This document shows positions 1-10,879 of a stretch of DNA of 64,000 bases, piece by piece. This DNA is from a virus. The notes beneath the pieces were generated by a model. The model did not search any database. It was not told where the DNA came from and saw nothing but the letters and a program-made list of their open reading frames with translations. The stretch is from the IMG/VR virus record IMGVR_UViG_3300021185_003351, positions 32,001 through 96,000 of that record; one strand, 5' to 3'. The translations under genes and the position numbers were made by a program. How positions within the stretch are numbered: the stretch's first letter is position 1; every line of letters begins with the position of its first letter.

Positions 1-1
1 A

Positions 2-1795
2 GAAGTTTTAAATAATAAAAAGTCTGTATTTAAAGGTATTTTTAAATTTAAGTTAAATAATAAATTATATACAATTGAAAGAGAAGGCATAACATTAAAA
101 CATGGACATGTTAAAGTTAATGTTAATTTTTATAATGAAGATGAAAACTTAAATGGAGAAGAACGAAGTGATACAAATAAAAGTATACGAAGATATTTAG
201 GAACATATGATGATTTTATTTTAACTGCATTTTCATTACAAGCAGACAATAATAATTTTATAGAAAAATCACAAAGAGAAAGAAAAGATTTATTATCTCA
301 ATTTTTAGACACTACTGTTTTTGAACAATTATATCATTTAGCTTCAGAAGAAATCAAAGAAACATCTGGCAAATTAAAAGAATATAAAAAAATAGATTTT
401 GGTTATATTATAAAAGAATCTGATGACATTATTATTGAAAATCAAGATACTATAATTGAATTAGAAAAAAATGATAATGATTTACAAAATTCAAGAAATA
501 ATGTACAGAATGATATTGTTGAATTAATTGAATCAAAACAACCGATGTCATATGATGGCCCAGATATATCTGAATTAGAAGCAACAGAAAATCAATTAAT
601 TTCTAATATAGAAAATATAGAAATATCTATAAACAAACTAGAAGATATAATAACAAAGATGCCAAAATTTGATATAATATCTACAAATGAGTTAAATCTA
701 CAAAAAAATCAAAAAGATATATTAAATAAAGATATAAAAATTGTAACAAAAGAACTTACTCAATTGGAACAATTAATCAAATTACAACAACAAAAAATAG
801 ATCATTTAAAGACTCATGAATATGATCACACATGTAAATATTGTATTTCCAATATTTTTGTTAAAGAAGCAGAAGAAGCAAAAATAGAATTACCAAAAAA
901 TAAAAAATTAGCAGATAATGCATTTACAAAACAATCTGAATTACAAACAAATCGTGATATAATTCAAGATACAATTTTAAAATATCAAGAACAAATAGAC
1001 TTATCTAATAAATTAGAAAAATTTGAATTACAATTGCAAGTACTTGAAAGTGATTTACAAACAAAAGAATCTGAATTAGAAACAACTAATGAGCGACAAG
1101 AATTATTTAAAAAGAATAAAACTGCTATTATTCATAATAAATCAATCGATGAAAAAATTAAAACAAAAAAGAATTTAATAATTGACATTGTAAATACTTT
1201 AAAAAGTATTACTGATAAAGTTAAATCAAATCATGGAGAAATAGAAGTTGCAAAAACCAAAAAGAAAACTGCGTTAGAACAATTAGAAACATATAAACAA
1301 TTGGAAACTGAATATAAAGCATATGAATATTATTTACAGTCTGTAAAAAGAGATGGGGTGCCATATGAATTAATCAAAAAAGCATTGCCTAAAATAGAAA
1401 CAGAAATAAATAATGTACTAGATCAAGTTGTAGACTTTAATATGGTATTAAATACAGATGGTAAGAATATTAATGGATATATTATTTATGATGAGGATAA
1501 TTTTTGGCCGTTAGAGCTAACTTCTGGTATGGAACGATTTATGAGTTCATTAGCAATACGTGTAGCTTTAATTAATGTATCTGCATTACCTAGACCAAAT
1601 TTTATTGCAATAGATGAAGGATGGGGTAGTTTAGATAGAGAACATATTTCTGCGGTAACAAATTTATTTGAATATTTTAGAACAAAATTTGACTTTTCAA
1701 TTATTATATCCCACGTAGAATCAATGAGAGATATGGTAGATAACTTAATTGAAGTAAATAAGATAAATAATTTCAGCCAGATTCAACATACATAA
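2..1795 (+). CDS. SbcC/Rad50/T4 gp46-like recombination ATPase (5' truncated by window edge)
   Basis: The frame of the 545..1795 ORF is open back to position 2. It has a long coiled coil, a zinc-hook CKYC, an ABC signature (LTSGMERF), Walker B/D-loop (FIAIDEGWGSLD) and H-loop (IISH). Confidence 0.92.
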   Translation, partial: EVLNNKKSVFKGIFKFKLNNKLYTIEREGITLKHGHVKVNVNFYNEDENLNGEERSDTNKSIRRYLGTYDDFILTAFSLQADNNNFIEKSQRERKDLLSQFLDTTVFEQLYHLASEEIKETSGKLKEYKKIDFGYIIKESDDIIIENQDTIIELEKNDNDLQNSRNNVQNDIVELIESKQPMSYDGPDISELEATENQLISNIENIEISINKLEDIITKMPKFDIISTNELNLQKNQKDILNKDIKIVTKELTQLEQLIKLQQQKIDHLKTHEYDHTCKYCISNIFVKEAEEAKIELPKNKKLADNAFTKQSELQTNRDIIQDTILKYQEQIDLSNKLEKFELQLQVLESDLQTKESELETTNERQELFKKNKTAIIHNKSIDEKIKTKKNLIIDIVNTLKSITDKVKSNHGEIEVAKTKKKTALEQLETYKQLETEYKAYEYYLQSVKRDGVPYELIKKALPKIETEINNVLDQVVDFNMVLNTDGKNINGYIIYDEDNFWPLELTSGMERFMSSLAIRVALINVSALPRPNFIAIDEGWGSLDREHISAVTNLFEYFRTKFDFSIIISHVESMRDMVDNLIEVNKINNFSQIQHT

Positions 1796-1803
1796 TATTT
1801 ATA
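1796..1803 (+). promoter_or_regulatory. Putative late promoter TATTTATA (first of about 20 copies)
   Basis: Also at 7699, 9985, 13794, 15660, 18894, 25311, 28799, 30887, 36355, 45634, 47543, 50104, 50966, 53478, 54699, 55704 and 63612, with TATTTATT variants at 21762 and 54069. Each lies upstream of a gene start. Confidence 0.8.
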
Positions 1804-1819
1804 AAAAAGAATATCATGT

Positions 1820-4800
1820 ATGAAAAAAGTAACAACTATAGTTCGTAATCTAGATCAACTATCTACATATATCACCGATCAATCATCATTATCTAGTAAT
1901 ATATTTAATATTACCGAATTTCCATTGGAATTTACTATTGGTAAAAATTTAATTAAATTAAAAGGAAATACTAATATATTTGAAATTGGTACTGAATTAG
2001 CAATTGAAATACTTGATTCTAATAGAAATCCAATTTATCATGAAATTATTGATTATATTGAAAGTGATACTTCTAGAGTATTAGCTGTTTATATTTATGA
2101 TACAACTCCAGCTGGTAATTGTACTGTAACTATTGCTGCAGTTTTAAATCAATTATATACAGGAGAACAAATTCCACCCGTTTGGAGAAATAAATTAAAT
2201 GTCAAATGGACAAAAAATGTATCAGTTAACAATAAAGCAACTAATACTTCAGAAATAATATTTGAAGATACAAAACTTCCAATAGTAGAAGTTTCAGAAC
2301 AAATAGGAGTTCGATTAGATAGAATATATGAAAATAACGAACAGTTTCCAACATATACAACGGGATTACTAGAATTTGAAACACGGAACAATAGTGTATT
2401 AGCAAAAATAACCGGAGGAGAATTTGATCCAAAATTTTCTGGAGGAACATTAACAGTTACTAATCCAGTCAATGCATTACCAATACCGTTATTAACTACT
2501 AGCTCTGCTAAACCGTATACATCAAAAATTAAAAAAATATTAAATAAAGATTTTATTGAATTAGATGATCGATATGTATTTACTTATAGTCAAAGTTTAA
2601 CACAACACGAATTTATTAAATTTGATGCATCACCATTTTCTTTATCATATGAAGCAGTACCTACATATATACCAACTCAACATTCAGAATCATTTGCATT
2701 AACACAAATAAAAAACTTAAATCCAGGGACTGGCGACGTATCAAGAATTAAATTGTATATAAATAGTGCAGGTACTATTGGCACATATGAATTAATTAAT
2801 GATATATCATTAGAACCTACAGAAATATTTGTTGATGCAACTGGATCTATTTTTCCAGATGTGAGTATTGGTTATTTTACATCACAAAGTATAATTGATT
2901 CATATTGGGAAGTTAATCAATACAATGGAAAAAATACAGTTACAAAACCAACATTAACATTTTCAACTAGTTCATTAAATAATGCATTAATTGTTACGCC
3001 GTCTGTTTTATATTCCGGAGATCAAAATGCAATCGTATTACAAACAACAAGTTCATTACCTGGAGTATTCGTTAAAGATTCAGAATATAAAATAATATTT
3101 GATGCAATTGGGATAAAAAATTCTTTAAGTAATCTAGAAAATCCAAAAATTTGTATATATTTATCAGGATCTGCATTTGATTATGATAATACTAATTTGC
3201 AAAATGATTATTATCCTATATTATTAGGTAAAAAAATAGGAGAATATGAAACTCCAAATAATAATCAACGATTAGATAATTTACAATTTAATTTTACTGC
3301 AGACAAAACAGGAAATGGATCATTATTAATATTAATTGAATCAGGAGAATGGCAATTTTCAGATATTAGAACATCAACATCTGCAGAAAAAGGATTTACA
3401 GAAAATTACACAAGATTCAGAACTGACATCCCTGTAAAACATAAATCTGATAATGAAATAAAATTTAAAATTGAATATTATAACGCTGCTGGAGTTAAAA
3501 GTGATCATGAAACAATAGTAACAAATCAAGTATTTCAAGGAGGAAATAGATATATAGACGGCGGATTTTCAATGTTAACAGGTTCATTAACTGTTGCTGA
3601 TACATTAAATTCTGGAGTTGAAATAGTAGGATTACAAAATACTGGATATATTAGATCATTAGGTTATGATGGGTTTAACCAAGCAATGACTGGACGTGGA
3701 GGATTTTTATTATTTTCTGGTTCTGCATTACCAAATCAATTTGCAACATCATATCAAGGTGTTGGTTTGGAAATGGTTGCTGATTCAAATAACTTTTTTA
3801 AATTTAGAACAGATCCAAGTGGATTAGAAATACAAACAGAAAAATTCTTTTTAGGTAATCCTGCAACACAATTTATTAGTGGATCGAATGGACAATTAGA
3901 AATTTCATCTTCAGGATATCATATAAGACCATCTGGAGATATAACAGCATCTAATTTTTTAATGGAAGGTGGAGTCATAACAAATAATGTAACTATTTTA
4001 GGATCATTATCTGCAAATAGTATTTTAACTCCAGCACTAATTAACGGAAATCCAGCAACACCTGCGAATGCATCATCATCAATATCAGATCAAGGTTTAG
4101 CAATATTTAGATCAGCATCAATTGCAGGATTTGAAATTTCTCCTGCAGAGATTAAATCTCCAGGAAATGCACTTCGATTAAAATCTGAAGGACAAATAAC
4201 TGCATCTTCTGGATTTTTATTTGGATCAAAAGCAGCTAGTAACTTTATACAATTTGCTGGAAGCACATTAACTGTTAGAGGTGATTTATCGGTTGATCAA
4301 ATATTTACTCCTGCTTTAATAGGAGGAAATCCTTCGAATGAAACAAATGCATCTTCATCTATAAAATCAGATGGATTTGCAAAATTTGTATCTGCATCTA
4401 TTGGAGGATGGGGTATTACTACAAGTTCTATAGAAGGCGGAAATCTTATAATGAAGCCAGAAGGTATCCTACAGACACGAGACTTTGCTAGTGGCTTAAA
4501 AGGATGGAAAATATCTTCAGAAGGAAATGGAACTGCTGAATTTGAAAATGTAAGAATACGAGGAACATTAAGAACAACAACATTTGAAAAAGAATCTGTT
4601 AATGCAATCGGAGGTCAAGTATGGATTGCAAACTCAACTACTATTACAGGATCTCAAGTACCAGCAACATCCACTACAATGTCAGTCAAAAATGCTAGCG
4701 GATTTATAACTGGTGAAATATTATTAGCTAAAAAAGTTGATAATACTGGATTCCAAACGGAATATCTTTTTGTAGAATCAGCTTCATTGGATGGAGATAA

Positions 4801-7669
4801 TTCAAATGAAGATGAAGTATTTGGTAGAATATATGTTCAACGAGGATACGGAAGTGGCTCAGAAGGAAGTTTTGTTGGAGATTTAGCATCTACGTCTCAA
4901 TCATATGAAGAAGGACAAGTTATAGTAAGTACTGGTAAAATTGGAACTGGTTATATTAAAATGAATGCAAATCCCAATGATCAAGCAACTCCATTTATTG
5001 ACATAGTAGAAAGAACGGGTAGTGGGTTATATGACGTTTCACTAAAAGCTAGAATGGGTGACTTATCGGGGCTTGCAAATTCGTCTTATGTATTCGGGAA
5101 TTCAACACCAGGTTATGGCTTAGCAACTGATAATGTGTTCTTACAAGGCGGTATTATAGCAAATACAGGGTCTATTGGCGGAATACATATGCAAAACAAT
5201 AAATTATTTATTGGAGTAGGTAGTCATGCAAATTCTAATACTGGATTTTATGTTGATTCTGGATCTAATTTTTCATTAGGTGATAAATTAACATGGGATG
5301 GATCAGCATTAACCGTTAGAGGACAGTTAAGACTAGAATCAGGTGAAAATGTACAAGATGCAATAAATGAAGCTACAGCATCAAATACAGCAAAATCATT
5401 GATATTAACGTCTGATTCACAAGTAATGGCATTTGATAGTGCATCAGACAACACAGCTACCCCATCAAATATTATATTTAGTATATCACAACAAAACTTA
5501 ACTGCAAGTATATCTGCTAGTAATGTTACTATAACAACAGCTCAATCTACCAATGTAACTGGATTTAATTTTGATACTGGTAGTATAACAGTAAATTCAG
5601 CCGGATTATATAGTGGAATTGTATCTGGAAGTATAACATTTGCAGGAGCATTATCTGCAGGAGGATTGGAAACTGATAAAGATAATTTTCCAGTATCTAT
5701 TACAGTTAATGGAGATTCATTAATAGATACAACATCATTATTTAAAGTGCAAGGTGGAGCAACTGGATCAGACGGTACTCCAGGTACAGATGGTACAGAC
5801 GCAGTTACTGCATTTCTAACAAATGAATCTCACACGTTTACAGCTAATGCCGCAGGTACAATTTCTTCATTTGTAGGTGGTGATACCGATATGGAAATAT
5901 TCGAAGGAGTTACAAATCGAACTGCAAATTATTCATATGGAAGAGTTAATGGAGTTGGAGTATCATCAAATATTGTTAATAATACAGTTACTGTAACAGG
6001 GTTAACTGGAGATACTGGATCAATAGCTATAACAGCAACATCTGCAAGTACATCGTTAACTAAAACAATGTCATTAGCAAAATCTAAACAAGGTACTACC
6101 GGAACAGCAGGAGCAACAGGCGCAACTGGTCCTAATTTTGATTTCTTAACAGGATCAATATCTGAAGTTGATACTACCGGCGGATTAAATGCTGGATTAT
6201 TAATGACATCCAATGTATTAGGATTTCATGGCAATATTGCCGCCGGTGATGGAACTAATGCAACTATTAATGATTTCATTACATTTTTAGATTCATCCGG
6301 AAACTTTTTTATAGGTTCTGCATCAGCTGGACATTTTGCATATTCTCAAACAACAGGTCAATTATTAGTATCAGGATCTAAAGTAGATATACAAACTCCT
6401 AAATTCTTTTTAGGATCGACTGATAATCAATTTGTTTCTGGAGCAAATGGAAACATAGAAATATCATCATCTAAATTTCATGTTAAACCAGATGGAGATG
6501 TAATAGTTAGAAAAATATCTGCAGAAGAAGGAACAGTTGGAGGATTTTCTATAACAGCAGATAAAATAAGCGGAGGATTTACGCCAGCGTCTTCATCAAT
6601 ACTTAATACAGTAGTATCTGCTTCATTACAATTGGATGGAGAACTAGAAACATCAACAGTAACAGTTGATTCATTTACTACTAATGCAGCAGGCGGAGCT
6701 GCATTTTGGGAAGCATATAGACAATCTGGTAATTTTGTAGGTATAAAATCTAACAATGGAACTGCTTATTATAATATTTCAAACCAAAGTAGAAATACTT
6801 TTACACCACAAAGCTCTATTAATGCAGGAAGTATTTCTATAGGAGCATCAAATTTTATAGAAACTGGATTTACAAATCAACCACATACTTTAGTCACCAA
6901 TCTTGGATCGGTATTAACAGCTGTTTCATCATCAACACAAACTTTTCCAGAAGTCCCAGATTCATTAATATTAAAAGATTCAGGACAAATAACAGGATCT
7001 AATGTATTATTTGACGGAGGCGAAATTGGAGGATTTTCTATAGGAACAAATTCTCTTACAACCACCGGAGTTGAAATTAATGATTCGACTCAAACATTAT
7101 TTATAAGTTCTAGCGGGTTTAAAGTTTCACATCCAGGCGCAGTTACTGCAACAAGTCTTGTAGTAGAAAATTCAACAGGTACTTTATTAAGTACTTTTAC
7201 TGGATTTTCAGATGGTAAGAACATTGCACGTAATCTTCCAATACAAAATACATCTGATGAGCCATTTGTTATATTTTTAGCTGGCGAACAAAAACTAGTA
7301 GTAATGGCAATGTCATCACAAAATAACAACTACTCAAGTACTTTATCTGGTACCTTAGGTATTGAATTTGAAAGATTTTTACCAGATTCATCTCCTGCAC
7401 CAGACGCTACTGAAGTTGGTAACTGGTCATTTACAAATCCAGAAGATCCTGGAGGCGGCGGATTCTTTACAAGACGTCAATTGATACGACATGTTGTTGA
7501 TTTAACGCGTGTAGGTAGTAGCAATATAGATTTAACAAATGCAGCTGCCTTTATAAAAGTAATTGGTACAAATATAGTATCTAGTCAAACACAAGTAACA
7601 GTACATAGAAATGTAGGTGCTACTGGAGTTGAAGGAAATAAAAATGGTGGAGTAATTGATACCACATAA
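1820..7669 (+). CDS. Large virion fibre/tail-tip-like protein (1949 aa)
   Basis: G/S/T-rich beta repeats. GWKISSEGNGTAEFENVRIRG resembles tail-tip/host-specificity protein C-terminal segments. Short collagen-like GXY runs and internal duplications are present, and TATTTATA lies upstream. Confidence 0.7.
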   Translation: MKKVTTIVRNLDQLSTYITDQSSLSSNIFNITEFPLEFTIGKNLIKLKGNTNIFEIGTELAIEILDSNRNPIYHEIIDYIESDTSRVLAVYIYDTTPAGNCTVTIAAVLNQLYTGEQIPPVWRNKLNVKWTKNVSVNNKATNTSEIIFEDTKLPIVEVSEQIGVRLDRIYENNEQFPTYTTGLLEFETRNNSVLAKITGGEFDPKFSGGTLTVTNPVNALPIPLLTTSSAKPYTSKIKKILNKDFIELDDRYVFTYSQSLTQHEFIKFDASPFSLSYEAVPTYIPTQHSESFALTQIKNLNPGTGDVSRIKLYINSAGTIGTYELINDISLEPTEIFVDATGSIFPDVSIGYFTSQSIIDSYWEVNQYNGKNTVTKPTLTFSTSSLNNALIVTPSVLYSGDQNAIVLQTTSSLPGVFVKDSEYKIIFDAIGIKNSLSNLENPKICIYLSGSAFDYDNTNLQNDYYPILLGKKIGEYETPNNNQRLDNLQFNFTADKTGNGSLLILIESGEWQFSDIRTSTSAEKGFTENYTRFRTDIPVKHKSDNEIKFKIEYYNAAGVKSDHETIVTNQVFQGGNRYIDGGFSMLTGSLTVADTLNSGVEIVGLQNTGYIRSLGYDGFNQAMTGRGGFLLFSGSALPNQFATSYQGVGLEMVADSNNFFKFRTDPSGLEIQTEKFFLGNPATQFISGSNGQLEISSSGYHIRPSGDITASNFLMEGGVITNNVTILGSLSANSILTPALINGNPATPANASSSISDQGLAIFRSASIAGFEISPAEIKSPGNALRLKSEGQITASSGFLFGSKAASNFIQFAGSTLTVRGDLSVDQIFTPALIGGNPSNETNASSSIKSDGFAKFVSASIGGWGITTSSIEGGNLIMKPEGILQTRDFASGLKGWKISSEGNGTAEFENVRIRGTLRTTTFEKESVNAIGGQVWIANSTTITGSQVPATSTTMSVKNASGFITGEILLAKKVDNTGFQTEYLFVESASLDGDNSNEDEVFGRIYVQRGYGSGSEGSFVGDLASTSQSYEEGQVIVSTGKIGTGYIKMNANPNDQATPFIDIVERTGSGLYDVSLKARMGDLSGLANSSYVFGNSTPGYGLATDNVFLQGGIIANTGSIGGIHMQNNKLFIGVGSHANSNTGFYVDSGSNFSLGDKLTWDGSALTVRGQLRLESGENVQDAINEATASNTAKSLILTSDSQVMAFDSASDNTATPSNIIFSISQQNLTASISASNVTITTAQSTNVTGFNFDTGSITVNSAGLYSGIVSGSITFAGALSAGGLETDKDNFPVSITVNGDSLIDTTSLFKVQGGATGSDGTPGTDGTDAVTAFLTNESHTFTANAAGTISSFVGGDTDMEIFEGVTNRTANYSYGRVNGVGVSSNIVNNTVTVTGLTGDTGSIAITATSASTSLTKTMSLAKSKQGTTGTAGATGATGPNFDFLTGSISEVDTTGGLNAGLLMTSNVLGFHGNIAAGDGTNATINDFITFLDSSGNFFIGSASAGHFAYSQTTGQLLVSGSKVDIQTPKFFLGSTDNQFVSGANGNIEISSSKFHVKPDGDVIVRKISAEEGTVGGFSITADKISGGFTPASSSILNTVVSASLQLDGELETSTVTVDSFTTNAAGGAAFWEAYRQSGNFVGIKSNNGTAYYNISNQSRNTFTPQSSINAGSISIGASNFIETGFTNQPHTLVTNLGSVLTAVSSSTQTFPEVPDSLILKDSGQITGSNVLFDGGEIGGFSIGTNSLTTTGVEINDSTQTLFISSSGFKVSHPGAVTATSLVVENSTGTLLSTFTGFSDGKNIARNLPIQNTSDEPFVIFLAGEQKLVVMAMSSQNNNYSSTLSGTLGIEFERFLPDSSPAPDATEVGNWSFTNPEDPGGGGFFTRRQLIRHVVDLTRVGSSNIDLTNAAAFIKVIGTNIVSSQTQVTVHRNVGATGVEGNKNGGVIDTT

Positions 7670-7710
7670 TTTAAAACAGTGTATTAATAACTAAGTAATA
7701 TTTATATAAA

Positions 7711-9984
7711 ATGAATAATGTAACAGTATTATTTCCCGGTGGCTTCAAGCCAATAACAGGAGCACATATGGCTCTTGCTCAAAGATACGCTCAAAATTCT
7801 AGTGTCAACAAAGTTATCATGTTAATAGGTCCAAAAGAGCGAGAAGGTATAACAAGAGATACAAGTATTAAAATGTTTAATTTGTTAAACAGAAATAATA
7901 ACATCGAAATACAATCTACAGATTTTAATTCGCCTATTATGGCCGCATATGAATATCTATTTTCATTACCAGAAGACGCACAAGGTCAATTTGCATTAGC
8001 TGCATCAGAAAAAGATGAAGATTATGTTCGAGTAAAGACATTTCTGCCAAATGTAGATAAATATAAATTAACTGGTGATAGAAAAGGAAGAAAAATACCA
8101 GCTGGCATCGATGCAGTTGAATTAACAGTTTCTGCAGATCCTTTAAAATATGATGATGGTAATGCAATATCAGCTTCAGCCGTAAGAGCAGCTTTAAATG
8201 CAGACGAATATAGTAAATTTAAAGCAAGTTATCCTGGATATGATGAATCTATAATAAAAAACTTATGGCAAATGCTTGGCGGAGCTCCAACATATGGTGA
8301 TGTAATGGGATCTGAAATTCAAAAAAGTATTAAAGATATTGAAGATGGCGATGTAATATTATTAGACAATGGTAAAAAGTTTAAGGTAGATTATATAGAT
8401 CCTTGGAGTGCTGGAGGAAGAATACTTAACGGTACAGATCTCGAAACAAGCAAAAAAGGAAAGTTAAAAATTAAGTTTTTAACACCTATAGGGAATACGG
8501 GCTTGGCAGATGATACCATGTTAACAGTATTAAAAGAATCATTAAATATGAAAGAATGGTTTTTACAAAAATTTCAAAATGATGCAAATGAAATAGCAGA
8601 ACAAATGGGCGTTGGATATATGACTCCTAAAGGAGCTGTAGCACATCAAAAGAAAATTAAAAAACTTAGAAAATTTCTTGATAAGAAAAATGATCGTGGA
8701 TTTACATATGATTTTGATAAATATCCAAAAACTGTATTTGGAACAAAATATTTAAATGAAGGTGGATTAGCTGGACATATGTCACATCCATTTGATAAAA
8801 ATAGATCACAATCATTAACATTTGCAGATTTCAAAGAAATGATTCAGCGTGGGTTACAAGGTAGATTAGATATAGAATCAGCTGTTACTGAAAAAACAGA
8901 CGGTCAAAATATATTTGTTACATATAAAGACGGAGCAGTTAAATTTGCTAGAAATAAAACAGAACGTGTTAATCCATTATCAGTTGAAGGATTACAAGCA
9001 AAGTTTGCTGGAAGAGGTCCTATATCAGATGCATTTGGAGAAGCTGGTAATGATTTAGAAGCTGCATTTTCAAAAGTAGGAAAAGGCAAATTAGAAAGTA
9101 TTTTTCAAAACGGAAAAGTATTTGCTAATATGGAAATTATTTATCCAGAAACAAAAAATGTTATAGCATATGAAATAGCAGTTCTTCAATTTCATAACTT
9201 AGTTGAGTATGATGAAAATGGAAATGTTGTTCAAACTGATATGACTGGAGGAGCAGTAATACAACGAGCTATACAAGATGCAAATGCTCATATGCAAAAA
9301 ACATTTAACTTAATACCACCACAAAAAATTAAAGTAGGAAGAGTTGAAAATTTTCAAGATTATGAAGATGCATTATTTACAGAATTAAATCAATTACGTG
9401 ACAAATATCAATTACAAGACACTAGTTATTTATCAGATTATCATAAGGCCTGGTGGAAAGATGTTATAAAAGAAAAAGCAAACGAAATGAATTATGATAT
9501 ATCTGATGATTTAATAGAACAATTAACTAATAGATGGTCATTTAATGATAAATCAAATTCAATTGTGAAAATTAAAAAAATGATTGATAATCCAGAATTC
9601 TTAGAATGGGTCTCTATATTCGATAAAAAAGATTTCAAACAATATCAAAAAGATAATCTGCAACCATTTGAATCTATATTTTTAAAACTAGGAGCAGAAA
9701 TAATGAAAAATGCATCTAATTTTTTAGCAGCAAATCCAAATAAAGCTGTACAATCAATAAGATCAGAAATTGCTGGAATAATACGTACTCTTAGATCCAC
9801 AAATGATATTGCAAAAATGGATCTATTAAGAAAACAATTAGAACGAATTAAAAGACTAGGCGGATTCGAAAAAATAGTTCCAGTAGAAGGAATTGTATTC
9901 ACCTATGGCGGTAATACATATAAACTAACTGGAGCTTTTGCCCCGATAAATCAAATATTAGGAACATTAAAGTATTCTAGATAA
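7711..9984 (+). CDS. Cytidyltransferase-like (HIGH superfamily) domain fused to a KxDG ligase-like domain
   Basis: N-terminal FPGGFKPITGAH and ISASAVR match the HIGH and KMSKS-like motifs. The C-terminal half has EKTDGQNIFVTY and the EGIVF...YKLTG tail seen in T4-like phage proteins. Confidence 0.7.
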   Translation: MNNVTVLFPGGFKPITGAHMALAQRYAQNSSVNKVIMLIGPKEREGITRDTSIKMFNLLNRNNNIEIQSTDFNSPIMAAYEYLFSLPEDAQGQFALAASEKDEDYVRVKTFLPNVDKYKLTGDRKGRKIPAGIDAVELTVSADPLKYDDGNAISASAVRAALNADEYSKFKASYPGYDESIIKNLWQMLGGAPTYGDVMGSEIQKSIKDIEDGDVILLDNGKKFKVDYIDPWSAGGRILNGTDLETSKKGKLKIKFLTPIGNTGLADDTMLTVLKESLNMKEWFLQKFQNDANEIAEQMGVGYMTPKGAVAHQKKIKKLRKFLDKKNDRGFTYDFDKYPKTVFGTKYLNEGGLAGHMSHPFDKNRSQSLTFADFKEMIQRGLQGRLDIESAVTEKTDGQNIFVTYKDGAVKFARNKTERVNPLSVEGLQAKFAGRGPISDAFGEAGNDLEAAFSKVGKGKLESIFQNGKVFANMEIIYPETKNVIAYEIAVLQFHNLVEYDENGNVVQTDMTGGAVIQRAIQDANAHMQKTFNLIPPQKIKVGRVENFQDYEDALFTELNQLRDKYQLQDTSYLSDYHKAWWKDVIKEKANEMNYDISDDLIEQLTNRWSFNDKSNSIVKIKKMIDNPEFLEWVSIFDKKDFKQYQKDNLQPFESIFLKLGAEIMKNASNFLAANPNKAVQSIRSEIAGIIRTLRSTNDIAKMDLLRKQLERIKRLGGFEKIVPVEGIVFTYGGNTYKLTGAFAPINQILGTLKYSR

Positions 9985-10017
9985 TATTTATATAAAATAA
10001 TATAACAGGACGTTAAC

Positions 10018-10857
10018 ATGGCTAAATATAAACAACCAAAAAATGATAAGTATAAATCAAGAAAAGATTTAAAAGATTACACTATTGACAAAGAAGTCAA
10101 AGGAATGGTACCAAATGCATCTGGAGAGCCAATGCCTGAAGTTCCTAGAAAAGACGATAAAGAAGTTATTGATGATGTTGAGAATATGGTACCAAAAATA
10201 AAAGATTCTGACAGAATATATGTTACTAAAGAATTAGAGGATGGCGATCCTAAAATGCCATCTAATGCATTAAAAACATTGGTAAAGAATCAAGAAGAAG
10301 ATGCAAAAGAATTAATTGATACATTATCAAAAAAAGATGGCGGATATATGACACAAATAGAAAAACTAACTAAAGAACAAAAAGAAAAACTAGTTAAAGA
10401 AATTGTAAAAATAAAAGTAACTAAATTTTTATCTGAACAAGCATTAAATACTCTTAAAACAGAACAAGATACAGAAGAGCCAGAAACAACACCAGAAGAG
10501 CCAGTAGCTGATACTCCAGAACCAACTCCTGCTCCATCTGCCCCAGCAGAACCTGCAGATGCCCCTGCACCAGAGCCTGAAGTAGCACCAGAGCCAGAAG
10601 CTCCAGTAGAAGAGCCAGAAGCAGAAGCTCCAGTAGAAGAGCCAGAAGCAGAAGCATCTGGAGATGTAAGAATTGAAAAATTTATTGAAGCATTAAAATT
10701 AAAACCAAGCACATTATTACAAGTACAAACGATGATGAAATCTATACAATTATTATTAAAAGAAAAAGATCCAAAACAACAAATACAATTTTTAGCTTTT
10801 ATGAAAAAATTAATTGACAGATCATTACAAAAACAAGATCCTAATGATTTAGGATAA
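10018..10857 (+). CDS. Hypothetical protein with Pro/Glu/Ala-rich linker, possibly an internal head protein
   Basis: 279-aa ORF with its own TATTTATA and an AGGA RBS, a low-complexity PEA tract and an LxE motif. Confidence 0.6.
   Translation: MAKYKQPKNDKYKSRKDLKDYTIDKEVKGMVPNASGEPMPEVPRKDDKEVIDDVENMVPKIKDSDRIYVTKELEDGDPKMPSNALKTLVKNQEEDAKELIDTLSKKDGGYMTQIEKLTKEQKEKLVKEIVKIKVTKFLSEQALNTLKTEQDTEEPETTPEEPVADTPEPTPAPSAPAEPADAPAPEPEVAPEPEAPVEEPEAEAPVEEPEAEASGDVRIEKFIEALKLKPSTLLQVQTMMKSIQLLLKEKDPKQQIQFLAFMKKLIDRSLQKQDPNDLG
10595..10655 (+). repeat. 27-bp coding tandem repeat (EAPVEEPEA), about 2.3 copies
   Basis: cagaagctccagtagaagagccagaag occurs at 10595 and 10622, followed by a partial third copy. 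Confidence 0.9.
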
Positions 10858-10879
10858 ATTAAATTTACAATAAATTTTT

